64,000 nt of DNA from Deltaproteobacteria bacterium (GTDB lineage Bacteria; Desulfobacterota; WTBG01; CAIYCZ01; CAIRTM01), in the NCBI GenBank assembly GCA_016875025.1, contig VGSH01000001.1, positions 30,174 through 94,173 of the forward strand. The letters are read 5' to 3'. This document shows positions 26,354 through 39,678 of this stretch, in pieces (position 1 is the first letter of the stretch; each line of letters begins with the position of its first letter). The notes below the pieces were generated by a model. It saw nothing but the letters and a program-made list of their open reading frames with translations. It was not told the origin of the DNA and made no database searches. The position numbers were made by a program, and so were the translations under genes.

Positions 26354-26905
26354 TTATTTCTCCGTGCTTTCGGTCCGGGCTGTGTTGATGGTTACGAGGT
26401 CAGCTTCGGTTGTAATGCTGACGTTCAGGTTTGCCGTGCCCTTTTTACCGTTCAGCATGACAATATTGTCAAGATCATAGCGGGATCCCGGTTCCCAGCC
26501 CTTGAGCTGTATCTGTTCTTCATAAAACAGGATGACGCTTTCAGCCGGCTGCTGTGTCGTAATTGTCGCTATTGCATTGCGGCCGCCCTGAAACACCTGG
26601 CTCATGACAACTGTGCTCTCAGGCAGCACCGGTATGTCGGCGGGGAATTTCGGCGCAAGTTTTCCGGTGTTGATGTCGACAGTGTCTGCTTCACCTTCAC
26701 CATCATCAGGTTTCAGCAGTATTGAGGCGCTTTCATGGTTGCCTTTGATCAGAACTGTGCCGTCGGGGCCGCGTACTTCAATACCGTCTTCGCTTTCCTG
26801 CACCTGAAGTCTGCCGCCCGGCCTTCCGGATTGGCCGCTATTATCGCAGGCGGTCAGAATGCTGAATATCGCGCACATGAGCAGGCAGGAATATGTTGTT
26901 TTCAT
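26354..26905 (-). CDS. lipoprotein, unknown function
   Basis: Signal/lipobox MKTTYSCLLMCAIFSILTAC. Confidence 0.45.
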   Translation of the reverse strand: MKTTYSCLLMCAIFSILTACDNSGQSGRPGGRLQVQESEDGIEVRGPDGTVLIKGNHESASILLKPDDGEGEADTVDINTGKLAPKFPADIPVLPESTVVMSQVFQGGRNAIATITTQQPAESVILFYEEQIQLKGWEPGSRYDLDNIVMLNGKKGTANLNVSITTEADLVTINTARTESTEK

Positions 26906-27259
26906 GACGTTTTTTTTCCTATAAAGCATACCGCGGGTTTGTTCGGGTCCTGCTGCCATTCGTGTGGGGCCGGTTCCGGCATACGTTTCATGGAGCATCA
27001 GGCGCGGGTCCTGTTTTTTTGTAAACATACATAACCCGGGTAAGGTTTGTCAATCGGAAATACACAGCAGGAACTGTTTGCAAACTTAATTTTTAGTGTT
27101 AAAATCCAATCCGTTTCTCTGATAAGCAGTCTTGTTGAATCAGCAGTGTCCAAGACAATGTAAACAGGCCCGGCCGGCAGGGCTCACCACGCTGCTCCGG
27201 TAATCTATATTAGTCAGATCTGCTATTGAATAATTATTTTTAGAAAGGTCGATGCTCTC

Positions 27260-28378
27260 ATGCGAAGCGTAATTAACATGAAAAACCTGATCGCGTACGC
27301 TGCGGCAATTGTTGTTTGGGGATGCATGTCAACCGGCACACGCGTTGATCATGCGGGGGATCCAGGAACAATCTCGAGCGATCCCAGGATAGTATTTAAA
27401 ACCCAGTCGCATGATTTCGGCACCGTCCAGTACAGCACGGCCGGGCTCACCCACGCGTTTGTATTTGAAAACAGGGGCAGTGCACCCCTGATGATAAAAA
27501 ACATCAAGTCCGGCTGAGGCTGCGCGGCAGCGCTGGCCTCGGCCGGCGAGATTCCCCCGGGCGGGGAAGGGAAAATAAATGTAACCTTCAGGCCGGGCAG
27601 CCGTGAGGGTGTCCAGAAGAAGAGCATTCATGTCGAGACCAATGATCCATCCGCTCAGCAGCTGCGGCTTGAAGTGCGTGCAACCGTTGAGATGGTGCTG
27701 GCGATAAGTCCGGCAACGATTATGTTTCCTGCCTTTACTGGCGCGTCCGGCAGCGCGCAGCCGCTGTATGCCCGGATTTCGGGCAGCCAGAGCGCAGAGG
27801 TGAGCATCACCGCGGTTGAGTGTGCCAATAAGCTTCTCAGTGTTGAGGTTAACCGCAGCGGGTTTGATAATGATCCCGGCCGGCAGATCAAATTCAGCGT
27901 TCTGCCGGGCATGCCAATCGGCCGGTTCCGCGAACGGGTTGTGCTCGCAACCGATAGCGACAAGGTGCCTTCGCTGAGCCTGTTCGTGATGGGCGAGGTG
28001 CTGGGGCCGATCAGCGTTACCCCGCGGCATCTGCCGCTTGGCACGATTCAGGCTGGGACACCAGTGCGCAAAATCATCCGGCTGCAGTCCGAGCAGCCTG
28101 AGTCCGGGTTCAGGATCGTCGATGTCAAAAGCACGGTCGAGGGCATGACCACGGAGCTTATAACGGTTAAGCCGGGCAGCCAGTACCAGATCGCGGTCGG
28201 GCTTGCCGAAGGATTTTTCCAGCCGGTTATTCGCGGTGAGATCATTATTACAACCGACAACAAAGATCAGGCCACCATCGCCGTACGGGTGTTCGGCCGC
28301 ATCAGCACGGCGGACATGCGAAACATGCCGGCACAGCCATTGAAGCCTGCAGGAGCCGCGCCCGGTATCGTTAAGTAA
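27260..28378 (+). CDS. DUF1573-family exported protein with in-frame UGA (27515-27517) at the conserved Cys position; candidate selenoprotein
   Basis: The ORFs 27260-27517 and 27674-28378 are in the same frame, with a single TGA between them. The read-through gives HDFGTVQYS...FVFENRGSAPLMIKNIKSG-U-GCAAALASAGEIPPGGEGKINVTFRPG...IHVETNDP. This matches the DUF1573 core (F-F-N-G-PL-I-V-SCGCT...PG-G-I-V-F...TND), with U replacing the first Cys of CGC. There is a hairpin 13 nt downstream. Confidence 0.5.
27531..27548 (+). promoter_or_regulatory. GC-rich hairpin 13 nt downstream of the in-frame UGA; possible bacterial SECIS-like element
   Basis: CGCUGGC-CUCG-GCCGGCG forms a 7-bp stem with a 4-nt loop immediately 3' of the UGA. 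The position fits bacterial SECIS placement. Confidence 0.3.
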
Positions 28379-28476
28379 TCACTATGCCCTGAAATCAGGG
28401 CGCAGCGCCCGGTGCAGCCGCCTGAGCGCCCGTGCACTGCGCTCAGCAATGCCGTATCTACAGGGGGGAACAATCC

Positions 28477-30969
<2,493 letters not shown>

Positions 30970-31032
30970 CCCGGTCCGTATCCTGCCGTTTTTGCTGCTG
31001 TTCAGGTGTGCGGGAACCGGAATGCTCGGCCC

Positions 31033-33615
31033 TTATGCCTGTATAATCGTCAACTCTTCGGCGCCGTTTCGGTGATCGACCCGCACCCGGTCGTTTTCTT
31101 TAAAGGTTCCCTCAAGAATTTTAAGCGCCAGCGGATCCTGAATGTAGCGCTGGATGGCGCGCTTCATGGGCCGGGCTCCGTAGACGGGGTCGAAGCCGTG
31201 GCTGACGATAAAGTCAAGCGCGGCCGCGCTTACCTCCAGATCAAGCCGCCTGTCGGCCAGACGCTTCGTGAGCAGTTCAAGTTGCAGCTCAACGATCCGC
31301 CGGAGCTCTCCGATCTCGAGACTGTTGAACAGCACAACTTCGTCAATACGGTTTAAAAATTCAGGCTTCAGCGTGGCGCGCAGTATTTCCATGACGCGCT
31401 GTTCGCGCTCAGCTCCGCGGCAATCAAGCATTGCCTGGCTGCCGAGGTTGGACGTCATGATGATGATCGCGTTTTTAAAGTCAACGGTGCGGCCCTGGCC
31501 GTCGGTCAGGCGGCCGTCATCGAGAATCTGCAGCAGGATATTGAAAACATCCGGGTGTGCTTTTTCAAATTCGTCGAACAGGATGACGGCATAGGGCCTG
31601 CGCCGGATCTGTTCGGTCAGATACCCGCCCTCGTCATAGCCGACATAGCCCGGGGGCGCGCCGATCAGGCGTGCGACTGAATGTTTTTCCATGTACTCGG
31701 ACATGTCGATCCGGATCATCGAGTGTTCGTCGTCGAAGAGAAACTGGGCCAGCGCACGCGCAAGTTCGGTTTTGCCGACACCGGTGGGGCCCATAAAAAT
31801 AAACGATCCAAGCGGGCGGTTGGGGTCCTGCAGGCCGGAGCGCGCCCGGCGAACGGAATTTGCCACGAGTTTGATGGCGCCATCCTGACCGACGACGCGC
31901 CTGCCGATGCGCTCCTCCATGTGAACCAGCTTTTCAAGCTCGCCTTCAAGCATGCGCGCAACCGGTATACCGGTCCATTTGGAAACTATTTCGGCGATGT
32001 CCTCCTCGTCGACTTCTTCTTTCAGCATGCGTGTTTCAGCACCCGCCTCACTGTAGCGCTGGTTGGCCTGTGCAAGCCGGCGCTCGAGCTCGCTCAGGGT
32101 GCCGTAGCGGAGCTGGGCCACTTTTTCAAAGTTACCGGCACGCTCGGCGCGCAGTTCCTCCTGCCGGGCTTCTTCGATCTGCTCCTTGATATGCTGGATG
32201 GACTGGATGGTGTCCTTTTCAGCCTGCCACTGACCGGTGCTGTCTGCGCACTGTTTTTTGAGTGTGTCGATTTCAGCGCTGATACGTTCGAGCCGGTCAC
32301 GTGAAGCCGGGTCTTTTTCTTTTTTGAGAGCTTCCCGCTCGATTTCAGCCTGCATGAGCCGGCGCTGAAGTTCATCGATTTCCGCGGGCAGGCTGTCGAT
32401 CTCCATGCGCAGCGCGGAGGCAGCCTCGTCGATCAGGTCAACCGCCTTGTCGGGCAGGAAGCGGTCGGTTATGTAGCGGTGCGACAGCATAGCCGCAGCT
32501 ACAATGGCAGCATCCTGGATGCGCACCCCGTGATGCAGCTCATAGCGCTCTTTCAGGCCGCGTAGAATAGAAATCGTGTCCTCGACAGTCGGTTCCTTGA
32601 CCAGTACCGGCTGAAAGCGCCGTTCGAGCGCCGCGTCTTTTTCGATATATTTGCGGTATTCATTCAGTGTGGTTGCGCCAATGCAGCGCAGCTCACCGCG
32701 AGCCAGAGCGGGCTTGAGCATATTGGATGCGTCAACTGCGCCTTCGGCCGAGCCGGCGCCGACAACCGTGTGCAGCTCATCTATGAACATGATGATCCGG
32801 CCGTCAGAGGCCTGAACTTCCTTGAGTACCGCTTTAAGGCGGTCTTCAAATTCACCACGGTATTTTGCGCCGGCCAGCAGCGAACCCATATCGAGCGAAA
32901 CAAGGCGTTTATTACGCAGACCCTCAGGGACATCACCATTGATGATACGCCGGGCGAGCCCTTCAACAATCGCTGTTTTGCCGACGCCCGGTTCACCGAT
33001 CAGGACCGGGTTGTTCTTGGTTCGGCGCGACAGAACCTGAATGACGCGCCTGATTTCGCTGTCGCGTCCGATCACCGGGTCAAGCTTGTCGGCGAGCGCC
33101 TGTTCGGTCAGGTCGCGCGCGTACTGCTGCAGGGCCTGATATTTGTTTTCGGGATTCTGGTCGGTAACGCGCTGCGTGCCGCGCAGCGTGCTCATTGCTT
33201 TTAAAATATCGTCCCGGCTGACACCTGCCTGTTTGAGCAGGCGCACGGCCTGTGAGTCGGCGCAGTCGAATATGGCCAGCAGCAGATGCTCAACGCTGAT
33301 GAATTCATCGCTGAGGCGGCGGGCCTCCTGCCAGGCGGCTTCAAGCATTTTCTTCGTGCGTGCCGATATATATACGTCCATGCCGCTGCCGCTGACAGCG
33401 GGCAGGGCCGACAGGGCAGCATCAAGGGCCGACTGGAGGTCTGGCAGATTAACGCCGGCTTTCTGGAGCACTGTTCTGCCGATCGATCCGTCCTGTGAAA
33501 GCACGGCCTGCAGCACGTGCTCGGGTTCAATCTGCTGATGACCCAAACGCGCTGCTGCCTGTTCGGCGGCCGTCAGAACTTCCTGGGTTTTTATGGTACA
33601 TTTATCGGTGCGCAT
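31033..33615 (-). CDS. clpB: ATP-dependent chaperone ClpB
   Basis: Two AAA+ modules ([15 protein letters not shown] and [15 protein letters not shown]), a middle coiled-coil and a Clp N-domain. Start chosen at [11 protein letters not shown] with an AGGAT RBS. Confidence 0.95.
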   Translation of the reverse strand: MRTDKCTIKTQEVLTAAEQAAARLGHQQIEPEHVLQAVLSQDGSIGRTVLQKAGVNLPDLQSALDAALSALPAVSGSGMDVYISARTKKMLEAAWQEARRLSDEFISVEHLLLAIFDCADSQAVRLLKQAGVSRDDILKAMSTLRGTQRVTDQNPENKYQALQQYARDLTEQALADKLDPVIGRDSEIRRVIQVLSRRTKNNPVLIGEPGVGKTAIVEGLARRIINGDVPEGLRNKRLVSLDMGSLLAGAKYRGEFEDRLKAVLKEVQASDGRIIMFIDELHTVVGAGSAEGAVDASNMLKPALARGELRCIGATTLNEYRKYIEKDAALERRFQPVLVKEPTVEDTISILRGLKERYELHHGVRIQDAAIVAAAMLSHRYITDRFLPDKAVDLIDEAASALRMEIDSLPAEIDELQRRLMQAEIEREALKKEKDPASRDRLERISAEIDTLKKQCADSTGQWQAEKDTIQSIQHIKEQIEEARQEELRAERAGNFEKVAQLRYGTLSELERRLAQANQRYSEAGAETRMLKEEVDEEDIAEIVSKWTGIPVARMLEGELEKLVHMEERIGRRVVGQDGAIKLVANSVRRARSGLQDPNRPLGSFIFMGPTGVGKTELARALAQFLFDDEHSMIRIDMSEYMEKHSVARLIGAPPGYVGYDEGGYLTEQIRRRPYAVILFDEFEKAHPDVFNILLQILDDGRLTDGQGRTVDFKNAIIIMTSNLGSQAMLDCRGAEREQRVMEILRATLKPEFLNRIDEVVLFNSLEIGELRRIVELQLELLTKRLADRRLDLEVSAAALDFIVSHGFDPVYGARPMKRAIQRYIQDPLALKILEGTFKENDRVRVDHRNGAEELTIIQA

Positions 33616-33640
33616 AGTTTTATATCCTGCATTATTTCTT

Positions 33641-33925
33641 TCCAATATACATTACTGGAGCAGCCTGAAAAGCCCTGCCGGCCGGGACGCCTCCGGCGCA
33701 TCCGGCACACAAGAACTCATTGTATAATCGGCCCGTGTGCCGGTATATTTCAAACGGGCCAGGCACGCTGTGCTATTTTTGTCTGCAGCAGCGCGCCCGG
33801 GCCGTGTACCAACTGAAATTTACATGGCGTGCCGTTGCATCGGCAGTGCAACAACTGCCGGATGCGCCGGAGGCGTCCCGGCCGGCAGGGCTTATGCAAA
33901 TTATTTTGGTTAGTACTGATCCTTT
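33641..33925 (+). repeat. MITE-like palindromic element, diverged copy C, in the clpB upstream/leader region
   Basis: The shared core ggcccgtgtgccgg.atatttcaaacgggccaggcacgc is in the same orientation as copy A. The 36-bp arms (33667-33702 and 33851-33886) differ from copy A but remain exactly complementary to each other. The left TIR is degenerate and the right TIR is aaattattttgg. Confidence 0.7.
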
Positions 33926-34131
33926 CTGCTTTCGTGTTTACTTTGCTGGTGCGTGTTTGATATCATGGCGGCTGACCTGATATACAGACCGCCTTTTGTA
34001 TGCATTAAAAACAATAAGTACGCAGCGAAAAAAGTCAACGCTGGAAGTCGGGCACACTGCTTCTGCCGTTTTGCGGCCGGTATCGTGTGCCGGAGCCGTT
34101 GACCGTTGCGGCTTCCCTTGCAGGTGCGACA

Positions 34132-35685
34132 ATGCGTTTAACAATTGTATGTGTGATCCTGTTTGTGATGTGTCCGGCGCCGCACTATGCGAGCGCTTCC
34201 ATAAGTGTAGCGGCCCTGTTACAGCGGGCTGACGCATATTATGCCGGAGGACGCTATCTTGAAGCGCTCAGCCTGTATCGCGATTGCCTGGAGAACGACG
34301 GAACCGCCCGGGAAAAAGCCTCTGCATATTTCGGCCTCGGACTGCTTGTTGAGCGCTATCTTGACGATAGCGAACAGGCACTTGCCAATTATCGACGCCA
34401 CATTGAGCTGGGCGGGGTGCATAGCGATCGGGCTTTGCACTCAAGCGCCCTGATTCTGGCACGCCTGCTGCGGTGCAACGACTCCGCCGCCTGTTACCGG
34501 GAACTGCTGCAGCGCCATCCAGCCTATGTTTTCGAAAACGCTCTCTGGAAAGAGATGGATGCCGGGCCGTACGTCCTTTCTCCTGCAGTCGGGTTGTTTG
34601 ACCCTGCACAGCTGGGAGATCTGCCCGGCATGGTGCGGGTATTGATCGAGGACAGTACCGGCACGGTCGAGGTAAAGGGCGAGGACCTGCTTGTTGTCGG
34701 CTGCGGCGGTGATGACGCATGGTCTTTGCCGCACGGCACGCTGGCGCTGCGGGCCGACAACGACAGCCTGTACCTGAACGATAACCCCTGCGCAACCGGC
34801 GGGGTGACCGTGCAGGGAGCGCGCGATGGCAGCCTGCAGGTGAACGGGAGACCGTACCGCTCATGGCTGAGCGTGCGGGCGGAGAAGGGCAGGGTGCTTG
34901 TCGTCAACCATGTCTGTCTGGAACAGTATCTGTACGGCGTGCTGCCCCGGGAGGTGTATGTGTCGTGGCCTCCGGCGGCCCTGCGGGCACAGGCGGTTGC
35001 CGCCCGCACCTATGCGCTCTATCATATGATACTGCGTCGCGATGACAGCTATGATGTCCTGTCGACCACCTCATCGCAGGCCTATGGGGGGCTGGACCGG
35101 GAGCATGCGGCAACGAATGCGGCAGTTGACGCCACCCGCGGTCTGGTTTTGTTGAACGGGTCGCAGCTCGCATTGACGCTCTATCATGCCAACAGCGGCG
35201 GCGTGGTTGAAGCTGTTGAGGATGTCTGGGGCGCACGGCTGCCGTACCTGCGCCGCGTGCTGGATACGTTCAGCCTTGCGGGCCGCGGGGTTGAGTGGTC
35301 GTGCAGCCTGAGTGAAGATGAGGTGATTGAACGGCTCGAAAGGTTTGGCATTGTATTTCAGTCTCTGGAAAGCATGCAGGTGCTGAAGCGATCCGGCTCC
35401 GGCCGTGTTGAGCAGATCGAGCTGCGGGGCGGCGGCGCAGCGGTGCGGCTCAGCGGGAACAGCCTGCGGCTGATGCTGGGGCCGGGTGTTGTGAAAAGTA
35501 CACGCTTTATTGTTGGCCGTGACGGCGCTGATTTCAGCTTCACCGGAACCGGTTACGGCCATGGGGTCGGTATGAGCCAGTGGGGCGCGCGTGCCATGGC
35601 TGGGTCCGGTTTCGATTATCAGGCCATACTGGCGCATTACTATCCGGGGACGCATCTTGCACCGTGGCGGGTGTCAGGTCGGTGA
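34132..35685 (+). CDS. SpoIID/LytB-domain protein with an N-terminal TPR-like region
   Basis: C-terminal GTGYGHGVGMSQWGARAMA SpoIID signature. Signal peptide MRLTIVCVILFVMCPAPHYASA. Confidence 0.65.
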   Translation: MRLTIVCVILFVMCPAPHYASASISVAALLQRADAYYAGGRYLEALSLYRDCLENDGTAREKASAYFGLGLLVERYLDDSEQALANYRRHIELGGVHSDRALHSSALILARLLRCNDSAACYRELLQRHPAYVFENALWKEMDAGPYVLSPAVGLFDPAQLGDLPGMVRVLIEDSTGTVEVKGEDLLVVGCGGDDAWSLPHGTLALRADNDSLYLNDNPCATGGVTVQGARDGSLQVNGRPYRSWLSVRAEKGRVLVVNHVCLEQYLYGVLPREVYVSWPPAALRAQAVAARTYALYHMILRRDDSYDVLSTTSSQAYGGLDREHAATNAAVDATRGLVLLNGSQLALTLYHANSGGVVEAVEDVWGARLPYLRRVLDTFSLAGRGVEWSCSLSEDEVIERLERFGIVFQSLESMQVLKRSGSGRVEQIELRGGGAAVRLSGNSLRLMLGPGVVKSTRFIVGRDGADFSFTGTGYGHGVGMSQWGARAMAGSGFDYQAILAHYYPGTHLAPWRVSGR

Positions 35686-35837
35686 TCCGTTTCTGCATGT
35701 CAGTCGTGCCGCGCTTCCCGGATGGCACATGCGCTGCCCAATCCTTATCAGCGCTTGCCATTTTCTCGGCCGTACACTATCATGACAGTGAATCGACACA
35801 ATGCTAGCGGGCTTGATTTCTTTGATCACCGGAGAGT

Positions 35838-36641
35838 ATGCTAATGACCGGCATATGCGCTGCAGAAGATTTTTTTGAACCTGTTCATCCCCGGTGGACA
35901 CTGCAGCGTCTTGCCGCTCATCAACAGCTGCACCTGATTGTTGCGCCGCATCCCGATGATGATGTGATTGGTGCCGGCGGAATGATGGCACTGCTCGCCA
36001 GATTACGCCGGCCGGTTGCTGTCGTGTATGTCACCACCGGCGCTCCGGCCGGCCGGCGCAGCGCCGGCATGGCCAGTGCCCGCAGAGCGGAAGCCCTTGA
36101 TGCGCTGCGGGTTGTGCAGGCCCGCGCGGCATTTTTCCTGCCTTTTACCTCAAAAGATGTTCGGGATGAACCGGCACGCGTGAGCTCGGTGCTCCTGCGT
36201 ATTATGAACCGCGTGCAGCCGATGGCCCTTTACCTGCCGTGTCCGTTTGAACAGCACGCGACCCATCAGGCGGTGACGCGCATGACCGTGGAAGCCCTGC
36301 GCCGATGCCGCACAGGCGCGTGCGAGCTGTGGGGCTACAGTGTGTGGAGCGCGCTGCCGTCGTCGCCGTTTGTGCGCAGCGTTGATATTACACGGGTGGC
36401 CCAGCTGAAGCGCGCAGCCATCGAACAGCACAAAAGTCAGGTTTTTTTCAAGGATTATGCAGGCGGCATACTCGGGCTCAACCGCCATGCAGCCGTGTTC
36501 AGCACGATGCAGCCCGACAGAAAAGAAATTCGTTATGCCGAGCAGTTTCTGGATATGCGCATGCTTGTGCTGAACCGCAGGCTGTCGCTGGAGCGGTTTG
36601 CAGCACAGGTGTTTGTGGGCGCCTCCGGGTCTGCAGAATAG
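35838..36641 (+). CDS. PIG-L/LmbE-family deacetylase
   Basis: AHPDDDVIGAGG motif (HPDDE-type zinc site). Confidence 0.7.
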   Translation: MLMTGICAAEDFFEPVHPRWTLQRLAAHQQLHLIVAPHPDDDVIGAGGMMALLARLRRPVAVVYVTTGAPAGRRSAGMASARRAEALDALRVVQARAAFFLPFTSKDVRDEPARVSSVLLRIMNRVQPMALYLPCPFEQHATHQAVTRMTVEALRRCRTGACELWGYSVWSALPSSPFVRSVDITRVAQLKRAAIEQHKSQVFFKDYAGGILGLNRHAAVFSTMQPDRKEIRYAEQFLDMRMLVLNRRLSLERFAAQVFVGASGSAE

Positions 36642-36691
36642 AAACACTGTCCCTGATATGGATGCATTCGGTTGTAGGCTGGAGGAATATC

Positions 36692-38011
36692 ATGGTTGCC
36701 CGTATCGTTCGTTTTCTGAAATATGACATCTGGAACATGCAGCTTGAGCAGATATCAAGAACCAGGGCGTTTTTTCTGAAGTTTGCCCGTGTCGTTGTTC
36801 TCTCGGTGCACGGCTTTGATGAGGATAAGTGCGTGCTGCGGGCATCCGCGCTTACCTTTTACACCACGCTTTCCATTGTGCCGGTTCTGGCCATGGCTTT
36901 CGGTGTGGCCAAGGGGTTCGGGGTTGAGACCCTGCTGGAGCGCCAGCTGCTTGAGCGCATGCAGGGGCATGATGAAATCGCGCAGTATATCATCGGGTTT
37001 TCTTCATCCATGCTGGAGAACACTCGCGGCGGCATGGTTGCAGGAGGAGGTATCGTGCTTTTGTTCTGGGCTGTCATCAAGCTGCTTGGCAACATCGAGT
37101 CCTCGTTCAACGCCATCTGGGGGGTAAAAAAAGGGCGCAGTCTGAGCCGCAAGTGCTGTGATTACCTCTCAGCCATGCTGCTGTGCCCGCTGCTGTTGAT
37201 TATGGCCAGCGGCCTTAATGTGCTGATTTCAAGCCAGGTGCGTGTCATTATTGAGAATCTGCCGCTGCTTGAGATAGTCGGCCCAATGGTTTTCACACTG
37301 CTGCAGTTGCTGCCATACTGTGTGATGTGGGGTCTGTTGACATTTGTGTACATGTTCATGCCCAATACCGGTGTGCGCTTCAGCGCTGCGCTGGCAGGCG
37401 GCATCGTAGCAGGAACCCTGTACCAGGTTGTGCAGCTGGTTTACATCAGTTTCCAAATCGGGGTCGCGCAGTATAATGCGATTTGCGGCGGTTTTGCCGT
37501 GCTGCCGCTTTTTTTGATATGGCTGAACCTGAGCTGGCTGATTGTGCTGCTGGGCGCTGAGATATCATTTGCATTTCAGCATGCCGACACCTATGAATTC
37601 GAGCCCGAGTGCCGCAGCCTGAGTCCGGGGTACCGGCGGCTGATGACGCTCTGGGTCATGCACGCTCTGGTGAAACGCTTTGAGCAGGGTCAACCCGCGA
37701 CCGGGGTGGACGAGATCAGCCGCATGCTGCGCATGCCGGCGCGCCTGGTACAGCAGATTATGTCTGACCTGACTCAGTGTGGCATGGTGGCTGAGGTCAG
37801 TGCCGCTGGAGTGGTCCGTGTCGGCTATCAGCCGGCGCGCGATATTGCCGGTATAACCATTGCTTCAGTTCTTGAAGCGCTTGATGCGTGCGGTGGTTCT
37901 GCTCTGCCGGTTCTCAAAAACGATCAGCTTGTATGCCTTGAGCAGTCGCTCGACCGCTTTATGGCGCTGGTTGCGGGGTCCCCTGATAACAGGGCGCTGG
38001 CCGCCCTGTAG
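36692..38011 (+). CDS. YihY/BrkB-family inner membrane protein with a C-terminal extension
   Basis: Hydrophobic core of about 6 TM segments with YihY-like motifs (FYTTLSIVP...FGVAKGF). About 440 aa. Confidence 0.65.
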   Translation: MVARIVRFLKYDIWNMQLEQISRTRAFFLKFARVVVLSVHGFDEDKCVLRASALTFYTTLSIVPVLAMAFGVAKGFGVETLLERQLLERMQGHDEIAQYIIGFSSSMLENTRGGMVAGGGIVLLFWAVIKLLGNIESSFNAIWGVKKGRSLSRKCCDYLSAMLLCPLLLIMASGLNVLISSQVRVIIENLPLLEIVGPMVFTLLQLLPYCVMWGLLTFVYMFMPNTGVRFSAALAGGIVAGTLYQVVQLVYISFQIGVAQYNAICGGFAVLPLFLIWLNLSWLIVLLGAEISFAFQHADTYEFEPECRSLSPGYRRLMTLWVMHALVKRFEQGQPATGVDEISRMLRMPARLVQQIMSDLTQCGMVAEVSAAGVVRVGYQPARDIAGITIASVLEALDACGGSALPVLKNDQLVCLEQSLDRFMALVAGSPDNRALAAL

Positions 38012-38037
38012 CCGTCGGGCTGTGTGCGCTCTGTGTG

Positions 38038-39678
38038 TTAGCGGCGCATGATGTCGGTCAGGATTTCGACCGCGTGGTCAACAGCATTGTGGATCGGATA
38101 CAGCACGGTGGGGGCGCCGGCCTGCTTGAGCGTCAGGATATCCTCTTCGACCCGGACAACAAATGCGACTTCTGCGCTGCATGAGCGGTTCTGCAGCGCA
38201 TTGAGCAGTCCGAGGTTCGAGGAGATGTCCGGAAACGTGCTTATGATCCAGGAGGTTGATCCCAGGGGCAGCTGGTCGAGAAAGTCGCCGTCGGTGCCGT
38301 CGCCGTAGCGGGCCGAGTGCAGCCCGGCGCCGGTCATGTGCCGGACGGTTTCAGGATCAAAATCAACCCCCAGGGTTGTCAGTCCCGCCTGCTGCAGGCC
38401 CAGAGCCAGACGGCCTCCGTAGCGCCCCAGGCCGAAGACGATGACATCCAGCTGTCCGGCTATTTGTTCCTGCTGATCAATATCGGTTTCGCGGTGCGGC
38501 CTGCGGCGTTCAAATATGCCGAGCCAGGGCGACAGCAGCGCGTAGAGTCTGTGGGAATAGAGAATCATGTAGGTCGACAGGGCAATGGTAACAAGCCCGA
38601 CCAGGGTGGTGAGACTGAGTGTGTCATCGCCGATATGCCCAAGACTGATACCCATGGCGACAAAAATAATTGAAAATTCGCTGATCTGAGCGACAGTCAG
38701 CCCGGCCAGAAATCCGGTGCGTTTGCGGTAGCCCATCCATCCCATAATAGCCATGACGATCAAAGGGTTGCCGATCAGTACAAACAGCGACAGCACCGTG
38801 GCAGGCCACAGCGCGCTGCCAAGTCCGGACAGGTCAAGTTTTGATCCCAGATCGATAAAGAAAAAAAGCAGCAGAAAGTCGCGTATGCCTGAGAGACGGG
38901 CTGAGATTGCATCACGGTAGGCAGTCGAGGCCAGTGAAAATCCGGCCAGAAAGGCCCCGGCTTCCTTTGAGAATCCGCCCCATTCACCAAGCGCTGCCAG
39001 GCTTGTACCCCATGCTATGGCAAAAATCAGCAGCAGTTCCTGGGAGCGCGCGATATGGGCCACCAGTCTCGGCAGCACATAGCGCATCAGGCCGTACAGA
39101 AGCACGGCAGCCGCCGCGACCCGCCCTGCGATGGACAGGATTATGGTAATCGCGCCGGCTTCACCGGTCTGGCCGAATGCGCTCATGGTCATCATGGCCA
39201 GTACAACGGCCAGATCCTGCACGATGAGAAAGCCTACTGCGATACGGCCGTGCAGCGAGTCTATTTCGTATTTGTCCGAGAGCAGCTTGATGATGATAAT
39301 GGTGCTGGAAAAGGTAAGCGCGACAGCAACATACAGGGCTTCGACCGGTCCCCAGCCCAGCAGCATGGTCAGGATGAACCCGAACACGATAGTGAAACCG
39401 AGCTGTCCCAGACCGGTTGCAAGTGCCACCGGTCCGATGTTGCGGATATGGCGCAGATCAAGCTTGAGACCCACGACAAACAGCAGCACGGCAACACCGA
39501 TCTGGGCCAGAAGATTGATCTGGTCGTGCGCCTTGACAAGACCAAGAACGGCCGGCCCGGCAACAAGGCCGACAGCGATATAGGCAATCAGCATCGGCTG
39601 CCGCAGCAGCATGGCCAGGGCACCGGCTGCAGCGCTGACGAGCAGAAGGAACGCAAATTCGCTGAATACTTCATACAT
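38038..39678 (-). CDS. CPA2-family K+/H+ antiporter with a C-terminal RCK/TrkA-N domain (KefB/KefC-like)
   Basis: About 12 TM segments with a Na_H_exchanger signature, followed by the Rossmann motif VIVFGLGRYGGRLA. Confidence 0.8.
   Translation of the reverse strand: MYEVFSEFAFLLLVSAAAGALAMLLRQPMLIAYIAVGLVAGPAVLGLVKAHDQINLLAQIGVAVLLFVVGLKLDLRHIRNIGPVALATGLGQLGFTIVFGFILTMLLGWGPVEALYVAVALTFSSTIIIIKLLSDKYEIDSLHGRIAVGFLIVQDLAVVLAMMTMSAFGQTGEAGAITIILSIAGRVAAAAVLLYGLMRYVLPRLVAHIARSQELLLIFAIAWGTSLAALGEWGGFSKEAGAFLAGFSLASTAYRDAISARLSGIRDFLLLFFFIDLGSKLDLSGLGSALWPATVLSLFVLIGNPLIVMAIMGWMGYRKRTGFLAGLTVAQISEFSIIFVAMGISLGHIGDDTLSLTTLVGLVTIALSTYMILYSHRLYALLSPWLGIFERRRPHRETDIDQQEQIAGQLDVIVFGLGRYGGRLALGLQQAGLTTLGVDFDPETVRHMTGAGLHSARYGDGTDGDFLDQLPLGSTSWIISTFPDISSNLGLLNALQNRSCSAEVAFVVRVEEDILTLKQAGAPTVLYPIHNAVDHAVEILTDIMRR

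Noticed and set aside
27515-27517. Treating the TGA in the DUF1573 gene simply as a stop (two genes) or as a pseudogene
   Set aside because: Not fully rejected. The domain continuity, the exact Cys position and the downstream hairpin make Sec recoding more parsimonious than two unrelated genes. The pseudogene or sequencing-error alternative is listed under would_refute.
31268-32304. ORFs of 100-200 aa antisense to clpB (e.g. 31268-31594 plus, 31681-32304 plus, 33143-33538 plus)
   Set aside because: Antisense to a highly conserved, clearly coding ClpB gene. Typical GC-rich shadow ORFs.
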